Below are positions 9,953-20,466 of a stretch of DNA of 64,000 nt, in pieces. The translations under genes were made by a program, and so were the position numbers. Origin of the DNA: a virus (lineage: Duplodnaviria > Caudoviricetes); IMG/VR virus record IMGVR_UViG_3300009082_000959; one strand, written 5' to 3'. How positions within the stretch are numbered: the stretch's first letter is position 1; each line of letters begins with the position of its first letter. Under the pieces are notes generated by a model. That model searched no databases, was not told where the DNA came from, and was given only the letters and a program-made list of their open reading frames with translations.

Positions 9953-10897
9953 ATGCCAGAATTTTTAGGAGATCAAGTGTTTGTTGATGAGGACGATGTT
10001 TTGCTAGGACAGCAAGACCAAGATAATGATATTTTCGTTGACGAAGACTTCGTCTTTGATGATTTAATGGTAGAGGAAGATCGACCTGGCGATGATGAAG
10101 TTGTGGTTGAGGACGAGCACAGGGACGTAATTCCAGGGTCAGACTCTGTTTTTGTTGATGAAGCTGACGACAATATTGTCGAAGAAAAGGCAAAAGATTG
10201 GTCACATGATAAGGATCACTCTCAATTTATAGCGTATATGAAGGAAAAACTCACAAAGATACCACGACACTCAGGAGAGACGGTGCCCGGTTGTGAGAGA
10301 GCTAAGGCTTATTTAAAGTCATTGGATTCAGAAATAAGCTCGGCCATGAGAAGCGATCTTGATGGCGCAATAGACGAAACAGATATAGATAATATTAGAA
10401 AGCGCATTGAGGACGACTGTGATAGGCTTGATAAACAAATAAAGAAATTGCGAGGAACCAAGAGAGCCAGTATTGATGTTAAGTTGGTTTCAGATGGCCA
10501 TTGCAGTGTGTGCAATTCGAATGTTCCCGTGTGGCACGATGTATCTAGTGATAAAACTATCTGTATGTCTTGTAATGCCTCCAACAAGCAAGAAGATAAT
10601 GAAACTCTGGAAAAAACCGCAGGGACTCCCGTTTTGAATGTATATGTTTCTGCCTTCGAGCGCGCAGTAGTTGGTACCATAATAAATTCTGCCGTTTCTG
10701 CCGGGAAAAATATCGAAGAAACATATTCGCGCATGAAGGGAAAATACAATTTTACTCCGCGTGAAGAACTGGCTATCATACAGCTTATCGCCGACTACGG
10801 ATATCCGGTTGGGTTATTGGATCGTGCAAGTATTAATGAAGATTCAGACCCATCTTCTGGTGAAAGCGCCGAGTGGATTACAAATTATAATGCCTAA
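9953..10897 (+). CDS. Hypothetical protein with acidic N-terminus and CxxC...CxxC zinc ribbon
   Basis: GGAGG SD; repeated VFVDE; CSVC...CMSC; KRAS and EKTAG motifs. Confidence 0.75.
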   Translation: MPEFLGDQVFVDEDDVLLGQQDQDNDIFVDEDFVFDDLMVEEDRPGDDEVVVEDEHRDVIPGSDSVFVDEADDNIVEEKAKDWSHDKDHSQFIAYMKEKLTKIPRHSGETVPGCERAKAYLKSLDSEISSAMRSDLDGAIDETDIDNIRKRIEDDCDRLDKQIKKLRGTKRASIDVKLVSDGHCSVCNSNVPVWHDVSSDKTICMSCNASNKQEDNETLEKTAGTPVLNVYVSAFERAVVGTIINSAVSAGKNIEETYSRMKGKYNFTPREELAIIQLIADYGYPVGLLDRASINEDSDPSSGESAEWITNYNA

Positions 10898-11999
10898 ATA
10901 TAACGGCATTGATATCGCAAATAGTATAGCTCACGAGAGGGGCGGACTATGTTTGTCTGAAAATTATACAGACTACAAGACAAAAATGTTGTGGGAGTGT
11001 GACAAGAAACACCGGTGGAATGCAAATTTAGCACAAGTAAAAACATTTAAAAAATGGTGTCCAAAGTGCGCAAAAATATCTGGAGCATCTTCTAGAAAAC
11101 TTGATGGTATAAAAGAAGCAAACCAAATTGCATTAGAAAAAAATGGCAAATGTTTGTCTAGTGAGTATATTAATATAGATAGCAAACTTGATTGGGAATG
11201 CCAACATGGTCATATTTGGAAGGCATCTTTATATGGCATTAAATCACAAAAAACATGGTGTCCTGTTTGTGCTGGTATATTAAAATTAGATGGACTTAAT
11301 GTTGCAAGAAAACTAGCAACCGATCATGGCGGAGTTTGTATGTCAGCAGACTACATAAACAACAAAACAAATATGATTTGGAAGTGTGGAAGAGGACATG
11401 TTTGGGAGGCTACGCTGAATGCAGTAAAAACAGCTAATCATTGGTGTAGAAAATGTTATGAGTTAGATACACTCCCAACACAGAAAAAGCTAAAAAATGG
11501 ACTAGAAATAGCACAACAACTAGCCAAGGCACATAGTGGAGAATGTTTATCAAACGAATATAAGCGTTCAGATAAAAAACTTTTATGGAGATGCAAAAAC
11601 AACCACCAATGGTGTGCATCTCTTAGCCATGTAAGATTCAGTAATTCATGGTGCCCGGATTGTGCACAAATAAATGGAGCGAGAGTACGAAACAACAGAT
11701 ATACAATAAAACACTGGAAAACAAACAAAGAATTGGTGTGTCAGGGTAGTTGGGAAAAACTTGTTGTTGAATATTTAAATAAAAATAATATAAATTTTAG
11801 ATGGCAACCGCGTTCATTTACTATGCCTAATGGGAAAAAATATTATCCTGATTTATATTTATTTGGAATAAAAACATGGATCGAAATAAAAGGGTATTTT
11901 TGGGGAGAATCAGAGAAAAAATGGAATTGGTTTTCGAGCACCAAGACTAATTCAGAACTGTGGAATAAAGATAAACTTAAAAAACTTGGAATTTTATAA
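10890..11999 (+). mobile_element. Zinc-ribbon-repeat PD-(D/E)XK endonuclease (homing-endonuclease-like)
   Basis: Four tandem GxCLSxxY...WxCxxxHxWxAxL...WCxxC repeats, then YYPDLYL...WIEIKG nuclease motif; ATG 10890 overlaps the upstream stop. Confidence 0.75.
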
Positions 12000-12010
12000 T
12001 AGGAAACACT

Positions 12011-12625
12011 ATGTCTGAGATATCTCGTTCTTTAATTTATGCTCGCCCAGAAAGAGGGCCGGATTGGTTTAATGATTTTTTGCTCTCTTTTGCGGAACAA
12101 AAAGATTCAACACAGGACATCCTTAATGCAATTCACAATGGGCATCAGACTGTATCAAGCGTAGTACAAGGTTATCGTGAGCAAGTAGGGCTAGACATTA
12201 TAGAATCTGCTGATGACTGCGAGGACAGTGCAATTAAAAATGCAAATGTCAAACACAAACCATTATCTGTCAGGGAAATTAGACTCACATCATCGTTTGT
12301 TCCTCTTTCTATTAGACATGCTCAAGAAGAATCATCTGTAAGTAAAATTAAGGCACAACCAGACTTAGTTGCTGCCCTCGAAAGTTTATGTCGTCATACT
12401 GGTGGAACTATAAAATTCCCATCCTTGATTAATTTTTTAAGGAAGAGGATGGGTAATGATATAAAATTCAATGATGATGAACTTAAAGAATATTTGACTG
12501 AAATAAAGAATAGATATTTGGACGCACAAGTATCCCACCAAAGCCAAGATTACGTTGGTTTGGTTGGCGTTACAAATGAAGATTATGATGACGATGTAGC
12601 GGAATATACTCGCAATGGCAGATAA
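12011..12625 (+). CDS. Hypothetical protein directly upstream of the large terminase
   Basis: AGGA SD; contains PLSVRE and PLSIRHA variants of the LSxRA motif. Confidence 0.7.
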   Translation: MSEISRSLIYARPERGPDWFNDFLLSFAEQKDSTQDILNAIHNGHQTVSSVVQGYREQVGLDIIESADDCEDSAIKNANVKHKPLSVREIRLTSSFVPLSIRHAQEESSVSKIKAQPDLVAALESLCRHTGGTIKFPSLINFLRKRMGNDIKFNDDELKEYLTEIKNRYLDAQVSHQSQDYVGLVGVTNEDYDDDVAEYTRNGR

Positions 12626-12627
12626 TT

Positions 12628-14502
12628 ATGTCAGCAAACAAGTTATTTACAACGGCAGAACAATGGTTTGAAGACCTAAAAAAAGAAGTCTTAAAGATAG
12701 ACCCAGTGTCGTTTGCTGAAAACTATCTTGTCGTAGACGGAAAACCACTAAAACTTGGCGGCGGGACCGGCTGGAAATACCTTACTGATATTTACAGGTA
12801 CATGGCAACGAAAGCCATGGAAGAAGATGGGAAACCCGTAGTATGTGTTAAGGGTCGTCAGGTAGGCGCAACAACTGCCGCCACTGCACTTGAACTTTTT
12901 TTTTGCACCAGCGGGCTATACGGAACATCTCCAAATAAACCACCAATAAGACTTCTTCATTGTTTTCCTGCACTAGCTCTTGTGCAAAAATTCGCAAAAG
13001 ATAAATTAAGTACAATGATGAGAACATCAAAGGATAATTATATCCTTAATCATTCTCTTGGCTACGACGCTGAATCAAAGAAAAAGAGAATTGATGTTCC
13101 AGAAGATACTCTCACAGAAAAACAATTCACCAATGAAAATAGGCTTTGGGTTGATTCCAACGCCAATGATGCTCAAAGACTTCATGGTATGTCTTTGGAT
13201 GGTATTTTCTATGATGAGGTTCAGAGAATGAACCAAGATGACATAGGAAATAGCAAAAGAACCCTAACATCTGCTCGATATGGGCCCCGCGGACAAGGAA
13301 TCCAGATGTATTTTGGCACTCCTTTGCAGCGCGGTTCAAATTTTCACAAAATGTGGGAATCCTCTGACAAAAGATATTATCATCTTGGGTGTGAAAATTG
13401 TGGTCATTATTTTATGCTATATTCTCCTGGGAATGATGATTGGGAGAAAATATGGCTATATGCTAATGTTGTGGCTTGTCCAAAGTGTCACCACGAACAG
13501 GATAAAGTTGATGCAATAGAGCGCGGTAAATGGATTCCAATGCAACCAGTTCTGCCAGACGGAAAGGAACCACAGTATGTTGGATTTCATTTTAATCAAT
13601 TGCTGATACCAAATTTTCATAAAGAAACGGTCATTAAAGAAAAACCAGGAATACATCCAACAAACTCAGAGCGCATTTGGCAAAACGAAATATTAGGAGA
13701 GTTTTACAGTGGTGAAGATTTGCCAATGTCGGAAGAAGAAATATATAAGTATTGTAGAGATATAGACAGAAGCATTTCATTTGGAGGCCCAGGCACATCC
13801 ATAAAAAGAGTGCAAAGCAACAAGATTTATTCTTCGAGTAAAATTCCCACTTTTTTGGGCATCGACTGGGGTGGTAAAATAGACGATCCAAATTCCAAGA
13901 TAGGAAAATCGTTTTCTTGTATGGCAATTATATCTGTTGATAAGGATGCGGTAGTGAGAATAGAGAATGCATTTAAACTAAAAAAGAATGATTTGCAACA
14001 CAAAAAAGATGTAGTAAGGGAAATGTTCAGAAGATTTGATATCAATTGCGCTGTCGCAGACTTAGGTCATGGTAATGATATAGTTCCAGAGCTTCAGGGG
14101 GAATTTGGAAACAGGTTAATAGGAAGCATAAGCAGTGGTAGTCTAACTAATCCAACGAAATATGACCCAGAGGAACTAAGACTGATTATAAATCATCACG
14201 TATTACTGGAAGATTTATTCGCGCATATGAGAAAGGGTAAAGTATTATTTCCATGGAAAAGTTATGAGCAAATTCAGTGGCTTATAGAGCACTGCTGTTC
14301 AATGGAAAAAGAAATACACACAGTTCAGGGTCGAGTCATATCAAGATTTGTAAAGGGTACCGGACCCAACGACGGTCTTATGGCTCTCCTATATGCCTAT
14401 TTGGCGTATAAATTTTATCTAACGCAAGGGTTTACGATAAAGGCCCACCAACTAAATGCAAAAAGTGCCGGACCAATATTGGCTTATTTGCCAAGTTTTT
14501 AA
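12628..14502 (+). CDS. Terminase large subunit (lambda gpA-like)
   Basis: Walker A VCVKGRQVGATT, Walker B IFYDEV, coupling motif FGTP, CENC/CPKC zinc site, GFHFNQL, nuclease FLGIDWG. Confidence 0.9.
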   Translation: MSANKLFTTAEQWFEDLKKEVLKIDPVSFAENYLVVDGKPLKLGGGTGWKYLTDIYRYMATKAMEEDGKPVVCVKGRQVGATTAATALELFFCTSGLYGTSPNKPPIRLLHCFPALALVQKFAKDKLSTMMRTSKDNYILNHSLGYDAESKKKRIDVPEDTLTEKQFTNENRLWVDSNANDAQRLHGMSLDGIFYDEVQRMNQDDIGNSKRTLTSARYGPRGQGIQMYFGTPLQRGSNFHKMWESSDKRYYHLGCENCGHYFMLYSPGNDDWEKIWLYANVVACPKCHHEQDKVDAIERGKWIPMQPVLPDGKEPQYVGFHFNQLLIPNFHKETVIKEKPGIHPTNSERIWQNEILGEFYSGEDLPMSEEEIYKYCRDIDRSISFGGPGTSIKRVQSNKIYSSSKIPTFLGIDWGGKIDDPNSKIGKSFSCMAIISVDKDAVVRIENAFKLKKNDLQHKKDVVREMFRRFDINCAVADLGHGNDIVPELQGEFGNRLIGSISSGSLTNPTKYDPEELRLIINHHVLLEDLFAHMRKGKVLFPWKSYEQIQWLIEHCCSMEKEIHTVQGRVISRFVKGTGPNDGLMALLYAYLAYKFYLTQGFTIKAHQLNAKSAGPILAYLPSF

Positions 14503-14514
14503 TAAAGAGGTTTT

Positions 14515-15180
14515 ATGAATAAAGTTTGTGGGCACTGCAAAGAAAAAAAGCAAGAATTTGAATTTGGAAAAGATAAATCAAGCAGCGACGGCTTGAAGTG
14601 TTTTTGTAAAAGTTGTATTAAACAATATTATATTAACAATAAAAGCAAAATTTCTGTTGCACAAAAACTCTATAGAGAAAAGAATAAAAACAAAATAGCG
14701 GATAAGAAAAAGCAATGGTGCGAAAAAAACAAAGACCGCGTGTTGGAGCATGCAAAACAATATTACGCAGACAACAAAAATGAAATTTTAGTGCAGAAAA
14801 AACATTATTATGAAGAAAATAAAACCGAAATTATTTATAAAAAGAAAAATTACCAAAGCAAAAGATTAAAAACTGACATTAATTTTAAAATAACTTGTGG
14901 TTTAAGGTCTCGGCTACATATAGCACTAAAAAATAATTATAAATCAGGTTCTGCTGTACGTGACTTAGGATGCACTATACCAGAATTAAAACTTCACCTC
15001 GAATCCAATTTTCAATCAGGAATGACTTGGGAAAATTACGGAGAGTGGCATATAGATCACATTTTGCCTCTTTCTAAATTTGATTTAACTGACAAAACAC
15101 AATTGCTTAAAGCCTGTCATTATACTAATCTGCAACCGCTTTGGGCTAAAGATAATTTAAAGAAATCGAATAAAATATAG
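14515..15180 (+). mobile_element. HNH homing endonuclease (paralog 1)
   Basis: MTWENYGEWHIDHILPLSKFDL...ACHYTNLQPLWAKDNLKKSN; N-terminal CxxC...CxxC and YYxxNK repeats. Confidence 0.85.
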
Positions 15181-15192
15181 GAAACAAAATAA

Positions 15193-18100
15193 ATGGAAAT
15201 ACGAAGAGGTCCATGGAAACCTGCTACAACCAATAAAGTAGCAACAGTAAAATCCAGTAGGTTCGGTGCGCGTCCAGCAACTGTTCTTAGTCCTGGTGTA
15301 TCAAATTCAGAGCACCATTTGGCTAATCGGCAGGCAGATACTGGCGCTATTCCCGAAAAAGTGTCAGAGTTTAGACAGGCAGAAATAATTAGAGCGACAG
15401 GATCCTCAAACAACCAAATCAAAGAGTCGCCTGCTCCATTATTATTATATAGTAATTCGTTCAAAAAATCTCAAGAAATAAAAGAAAATTTCCTGAGAAA
15501 AAGTGCCGCGTCTGTGACTTCTGGTGGATATAGTTCTGCTGGCGGCGGAACAACCATACAGGCACCAGAAATATATTCTCCACTATTTCAAATTGCAAAC
15601 CTACAGCTTCCGCGCGAAAGAATAACAATGAATGCGTGGAATAGAAATTTTTATGATACACATCCATTGGTTCACAACTGCATTAATTTGCACGCAACTT
15701 ATCCAATTAATAAAATAAACATTAAGTGCAAAGATGGCAAAATAGAACAATTTTTTAAGGATATGGCAGAGAACATAGACTTAATAGGTGTTTTGCAGGG
15801 AATGGCACTTGAGATTTTTAAGATTGGTGAGTGTTTCCCCTATGCCGAGTTGGATGAAAGAACTGGTGCTTGGAAAAGTATCGTAATTCAAAACCCAGAC
15901 TACATCCACATAAAAACATCTGTATTGGGAGGTGATCCAGTAATATCACTATCACCAGATGCGGCACTAAAACGATTGGTTCAAAGTAATAATCCAGCAG
16001 ACATACAATTAAGAAGCCAAATAGACGATGAAATTCTATATCACATTCGTAAGGGAAACAACATTCCTTTGGATAATTTTCACATAAGTCATTTGGCCCT
16101 TAAATCAGCTCCCTACGATGTGCATGGAACATCTCCAATAGTTACTGTCTACAAAGATCTTATGCTGTATGACAAACTTAGGGAGTGTTATTCTTCCGAT
16201 ACAGAAGTTTTGACTGATTCTGGTTTTATGAATGGTCTTGAATTGTCATTAAAGTATAAGAACAGTAATCAAAGCGATTTGCCATCTATTGCTTGTTTTA
16301 ATTCAGAAACAGAGATGGTTGAGCATCATAAACCAATAAAAACACATATATCAGAATATAATGGAAATATGTATAGGTTTAAGGGTAAAAAAGTAGATAT
16401 TCTCGTTACACCAGAGCATCGTATGTGGGTCAATAAGAACAAAAAGACTGGTTGGTCTGGATGGCATTTTGAACAAGCAAAGGATGTTAGCCCGTCCTAC
16501 TGGTACAAGTTTAGATGCCACGCAAAATACAATGAAGGCGAAAAGGTTGAATTTATTGATGTTCTTGGTAAAAAAATACCATCGGAACTTTACATGAAGG
16601 TTTTGGGACACATAATTTCGGAAGGATGTGTTTATCAAAGTTATAAAAACGGAAGATATGATAATAATGTTTCTATATGTCAAAATATAGAATCTAAATA
16701 TCAACAAAATATGAGAAATAATTTTAAGCAGTTTGCTGAATTATTGGGGAAAAATCTCGTAGAAAATACTAAGGTGGTTGGGTCTGGGTTTAGTGCACAT
16801 TCTCCAAAAAATAAGTGGGAAGCATTAGTGAGTGGTAAGGATTTAGTAAATTACTTCAAAAAAGAAATTGGAACAAATGATGTTTGTAATTCCGGAACCA
16901 AAAGAATTCCTAGGTGGATATTTGGACTACATTCTGATTTGTTAAAGTGTTTGTTGGAATCATTAATGGAGGGCGACGGGCATTTTTCAAGTAGTTTGTA
17001 TAATACAACATCAAAAGGCTTTCGTTATGACACTGGCTCAAAACAACTAGCAGATGATGTATATGAGTTAGTCTATCGCCTTGGATTTGTTCCGTTATTG
17101 CGAACAGTAGATAGGACTGGAGAAAATACTGGGAAAAATTTATTAGAATACTCTGTCTCTTGGTCAAACACACATTATGGCCGTGAGCCGCGTGTGTATG
17201 GAAAATCAGATTCAAAGCATCACGGTGCCCATATTGGTCAAACAGATTATGATGGTTTAGTTTGGTGCTTCGAAGTTCCTACTGGATTATTTATAACACG
17301 CAGAAATGGCAAAATAACTATTCAGGGAAACTCTAAATATGCACAGGCTGATAGCCTTGTAAATCCAATTACACTAATAAAAGTTGGTGGGGCTGGAGAA
17401 GGAGAATACAAAGCAACCGGTGATGACTTGGAGAAATGGCGTCAAATAATGGAGTGTCATGATGAAGAGACCGAGGTATTGACTGACCACGGTTTTAAGA
17501 AGTTTTTTGATGCAATTGATTACACAAGGAGCGATGATGTTGCTGTTTACACTGCATCACCAAAGACTGGAATAAAAATAGCTTGTTTTAATAATGATAC
17601 AAAACAACTTGAGTATCATATTCCATCCAGAGCTACTTTATATGATTATTCTGGAGAAATGTATCATTTCAGTGGCGGAAAATTAGATATCAAAGTTACA
17701 CCCAATCACAGAATGCTTGTTACAAGAAAACTAAAGAAAGGTTGGTCTAATAGTGAGATAATTACTGCTGAAAACCTTTCACTGGGGACACACTATAGGT
17801 TTAGGTCAGTCGCAAAATTCAACGGTGAAGAAAAAGAATCAATTAATGTTTGTGGGAAAAGTATAAAAACTGATGATTATTTGGAATTTTTGGGAAATGT
17901 TATAAGTGAGGGATATGTTTGTAAGATAAATGACAAGTATTATAATAGCATAACATTATATCAAGAAAATTGTTCTCCAGAAAAAAATAGTATGGAAACC
18001 AATTTAGAAAAAATAGCAAATTGTTTTGGGAAAACCATACAATCAAAAACAATTGATAATAGCCATACTCCATTTTCCGGCACAAATACAAGCACGATGT

Positions 18101-19422
18101 GGCGAGGAATTCTGTGCTCATCTGTTTTAACCAAACATTTGTTTGAAGAAATAGGTGAAAACGGAAAATGTAATTCGCACAACAAACGCATTCCAAGGTG
18201 GATTTATTCTCTATCTACACGACAAATGAAAATACTTATTAATTCTCTTGTCGCAGGAGATGGAACAAAATACACAAGTAAAACTGGTAAGAGTGGATTT
18301 AAATATAGTACAATATCTGAAAATTTGGCAAAAGACCTACATGAATTAGTGTTTTTGGCCGGGTTTGCTCCAAAAGTATATAAAACAAAGAATGGTCAAG
18401 GAAAAGACTATTGGCTTGTTACCTGGACTGAGAGTGGCAAGGGATCATTCCCGCATTTCGGTGGAGTATCAAATAAAAGAGAACAACAACTCACTAAAGA
18501 GCAATATAATGGTAAGGTTTGGTGCTTTACTGTTCCAACAGGATTATTTGTCACCAGACGAAACGGTTTAATTACAATTCAGGGTAATAGCGCTGAGTAT
18601 GATAAAAACTTTAAGATAATTACTCATGCAGGCGTTACGGTTGAAAGAGTTGGTGCTAATGGATCAATATTAGATATAAACCCAGACATGCAGGCTATTT
18701 TAGATAATATTTTGTACGGTCTTATGGTTCCAAAAGCGGTAGTGACACAGGAAGGTTCGTCTTTCAACAGCGCAACTGTTGGTCTAGAAGTTCTTAGGCA
18801 GCGCTACGAGGCTTTTAGGAACATGATGTCGCAGTGGCTCATTAAAAAGATATTTGCTCCAATCAGCGAAATACAAGAATTTTATGAGTATAAAGATGGG
18901 GATAAAAAACTTATTGTCCCAGACATTGAGTGGAATAGAATGATATTGTTTGATATGGATAACTATATCAGTGTATTAAACGGATTGGTCAAAGAAAAAG
19001 CAGTATCCAAGACTACACTTTTTAGAAGCCTTGGTCTAAACATCGATGAAGAGAATAGACTTCGTAAGGAAGAACTAATAAAAGAAGCTATAATAGGAAA
19101 AGAAACAGCTATTCTAAATTCAATGACTCTTGGTGCCTTGCGCTCACTAAAGGCAGAGGACGATATAATAGAACCAACAGACCAGGTTTCTCTACCTGGG
19201 ACACCTGGTTCAGAGGAATCAGGAATACCTGGAATGACTCCTCCTGGCGCCGGCGGATTAGGCGGTGGGGGTCTTGGTGGCTCTCCAATGCCTCCAATGG
19301 GCGGACTTGGCGGCGGCCTAGGTGAGCTTCCAACAGAGGGCCTTGGCGGCCCTGAAGCTCCTGCGGGCGGTGGAGAAACACCTCAAAGCCCAACGCCAGC
19401 ACCTACATCACCAACACAATAA
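15193..19422 (+). CDS. Portal protein precursor containing two inteins (spliced product ~649 aa)
   Basis: Follows TerL; exteins FYDTHPLVHNCINLHATYPI, GECFPY, PYDVHGTSPI resemble phage portal; Gly/Pro-rich C-tail; 1409-382-378=649 aa. Confidence 0.8.
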   Translation: MEIRRGPWKPATTNKVATVKSSRFGARPATVLSPGVSNSEHHLANRQADTGAIPEKVSEFRQAEIIRATGSSNNQIKESPAPLLLYSNSFKKSQEIKENFLRKSAASVTSGGYSSAGGGTTIQAPEIYSPLFQIANLQLPRERITMNAWNRNFYDTHPLVHNCINLHATYPINKINIKCKDGKIEQFFKDMAENIDLIGVLQGMALEIFKIGECFPYAELDERTGAWKSIVIQNPDYIHIKTSVLGGDPVISLSPDAALKRLVQSNNPADIQLRSQIDDEILYHIRKGNNIPLDNFHISHLALKSAPYDVHGTSPIVTVYKDLMLYDKLRECYSSDTEVLTDSGFMNGLELSLKYKNSNQSDLPSIACFNSETEMVEHHKPIKTHISEYNGNMYRFKGKKVDILVTPEHRMWVNKNKKTGWSGWHFEQAKDVSPSYWYKFRCHAKYNEGEKVEFIDVLGKKIPSELYMKVLGHIISEGCVYQSYKNGRYDNNVSICQNIESKYQQNMRNNFKQFAELLGKNLVENTKVVGSGFSAHSPKNKWEALVSGKDLVNYFKKEIGTNDVCNSGTKRIPRWIFGLHSDLLKCLLESLMEGDGHFSSSLYNTTSKGFRYDTGSKQLADDVYELVYRLGFVPLLRTVDRTGENTGKNLLEYSVSWSNTHYGREPRVYGKSDSKHHGAHIGQTDYDGLVWCFEVPTGLFITRRNGKITIQGNSKYAQADSLVNPITLIKVGGAGEGEYKATGDDLEKWRQIMECHDEETEVLTDHGFKKFFDAIDYTRSDDVAVYTASPKTGIKIACFNNDTKQLEYHIPSRATLYDYSGEMYHFSGGKLDIKVTPNHRMLVTRKLKKGWSNSEIITAENLSLGTHYRFRSVAKFNGEEKESINVCGKSIKTDDYLEFLGNVISEGYVCKINDKYYNSITLYQENCSPEKNSMETNLEKIANCFGKTIQSKTIDNSHTPFSGTNTSTMWRGILCSSVLTKHLFEEIGENGKCNSHNKRIPRWIYSLSTRQMKILINSLVAGDGTKYTSKTGKSGFKYSTISENLAKDLHELVFLAGFAPKVYKTKNGQGKDYWLVTWTESGKGSFPHFGGVSNKREQQLTKEQYNGKVWCFTVPTGLFVTRRNGLITIQGNSAEYDKNFKIITHAGVTVERVGANGSILDINPDMQAILDNILYGLMVPKAVVTQEGSSFNSATVGLEVLRQRYEAFRNMMSQWLIKKIFAPISEIQEFYEYKDGDKKLIVPDIEWNRMILFDMDNYISVLNGLVKEKAVSKTTLFRSLGLNIDEENRLRKEELIKEAIIGKETAILNSMTLGALRSLKAEDDIIEPTDQVSLPGTPGSEESGIPGMTPPGAGGLGGGGLGGSPMPPMGGLGGGLGELPTEGLGGPEAPAGGGETPQSPTPAPTSPTQ
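16186..17331 (+). mobile_element. Intein 1 in portal (382 aa, LAGLIDADG)
   Basis: Starts CYSSDTEVLT, block B LVTPEHRM, endonuclease helices LGHIISEG/LMEGDG, ends ITIQGN followed by Ser. Confidence 0.92.
17455..18588 (+). mobile_element. Intein 2 in portal (378 aa, LAGLIDADG)
   Basis: Starts CHDEETEVLT, block B VTPNHRM, LGNVISEG/LVAGDG, ends ITIQGN followed by Ser. Confidence 0.92.
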
Positions 19423-19431
19423 GGAAGCACA

Positions 19432-20187
19432 GTGTCTAAAAGACTCACAAGCAATAAAGTAGAAAGATCTATGTATCAACAGTGGTATTATGAAAACAAT
19501 AAAGACGAAATCACACAATATAAAAAGGCATATAACAAAAAAAATAAAAACAAAATAGCGGAAGAACAAAAACTATATTATGAAAATAATAAAGAGAAAA
19601 TAAAATCATATAAAAAGCAATATTACTTAGATAATAAAGACAAAATATCAGAGAAACAAAAACTATATTATGAAAACAATAAAGAGGTTATCGCAGAAAA
19701 AGAAAAACAATACTATGATAAAAATAAAGAAACCATATTGGTAAAAAATAAACAATACTATGAGGAAAATAAAGAAATAGTTTTAGAGAAAAATTCGGCG
19801 TATCGAAAAGAGCACAAAACAGAAATCACAGAAAAACAAAAAGAACGCTTAGAAGTTGATATTAATTTTAAGTTGTCATGTAGGTTGCGAACAAGACTTA
19901 GTGGTGCTTTAAAAAATAATCGCAAATGCGGTTCTGCAGTTAGTGACTTGGGTTGTTCAATATCAGAATTAAAAATTTGGTTGGAACAGCAATTTTATAA
20001 TCATTCTTATACTGGCGAACCTATGACTTGGGAAAACTACGGAGAATGGCATATAGATCACATTTTGCCTCTTTCTAAATTTGATTTAACTGACAAAACA
20101 CAATTATTGAAAGCTTGTAATTGGTTTAATCTACAACCTCTTTGGGCCGAAGATAATTTAAAGAAATCAGACAAAACAAAACAATGA
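19432..20187 (+). mobile_element. HNH homing endonuclease (paralog 2) with 15-aa tandem repeats
   Basis: Repeats of YYENNKEKIxxxxKx; same HNH C-terminus WHIDHILPLSKFDL as 14515..15180. Confidence 0.85.
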
Positions 20188-20459
20188 TAGATATTTTTAC
20201 TAAATTAGATAGTCTTATAAACTATGATGATAATTATAGTATTCTCAAAGCTTTTTCTACTTTGGAAAAAGAATTTAATATGTGTGTTACCAGGAAAGAC
20301 AAAAGATATGCCTATCAAATAGTTTATGCTGCAAACAAATTAGCAGGAAAACTATCATTATTGTTTGGTAATAGTGGGGTTTATTCTTCTGAAAAATTGG
20401 TAAAAATATCATCTGAGCTAGTTAGGAATTTTGGTTTCAGAATAAACAAAATATTGTAG
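20184..20459 (+). CDS. Hypothetical protein
   Basis: 91-aa ORF overlapping the upstream stop. Confidence 0.55.
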   Translation: MIDIFTKLDSLINYDDNYSILKAFSTLEKEFNMCVTRKDKRYAYQIVYAANKLAGKLSLLFGNSGVYSSEKLVKISSELVRNFGFRINKIL

Positions 20460-20466
20460 GTAAAAT

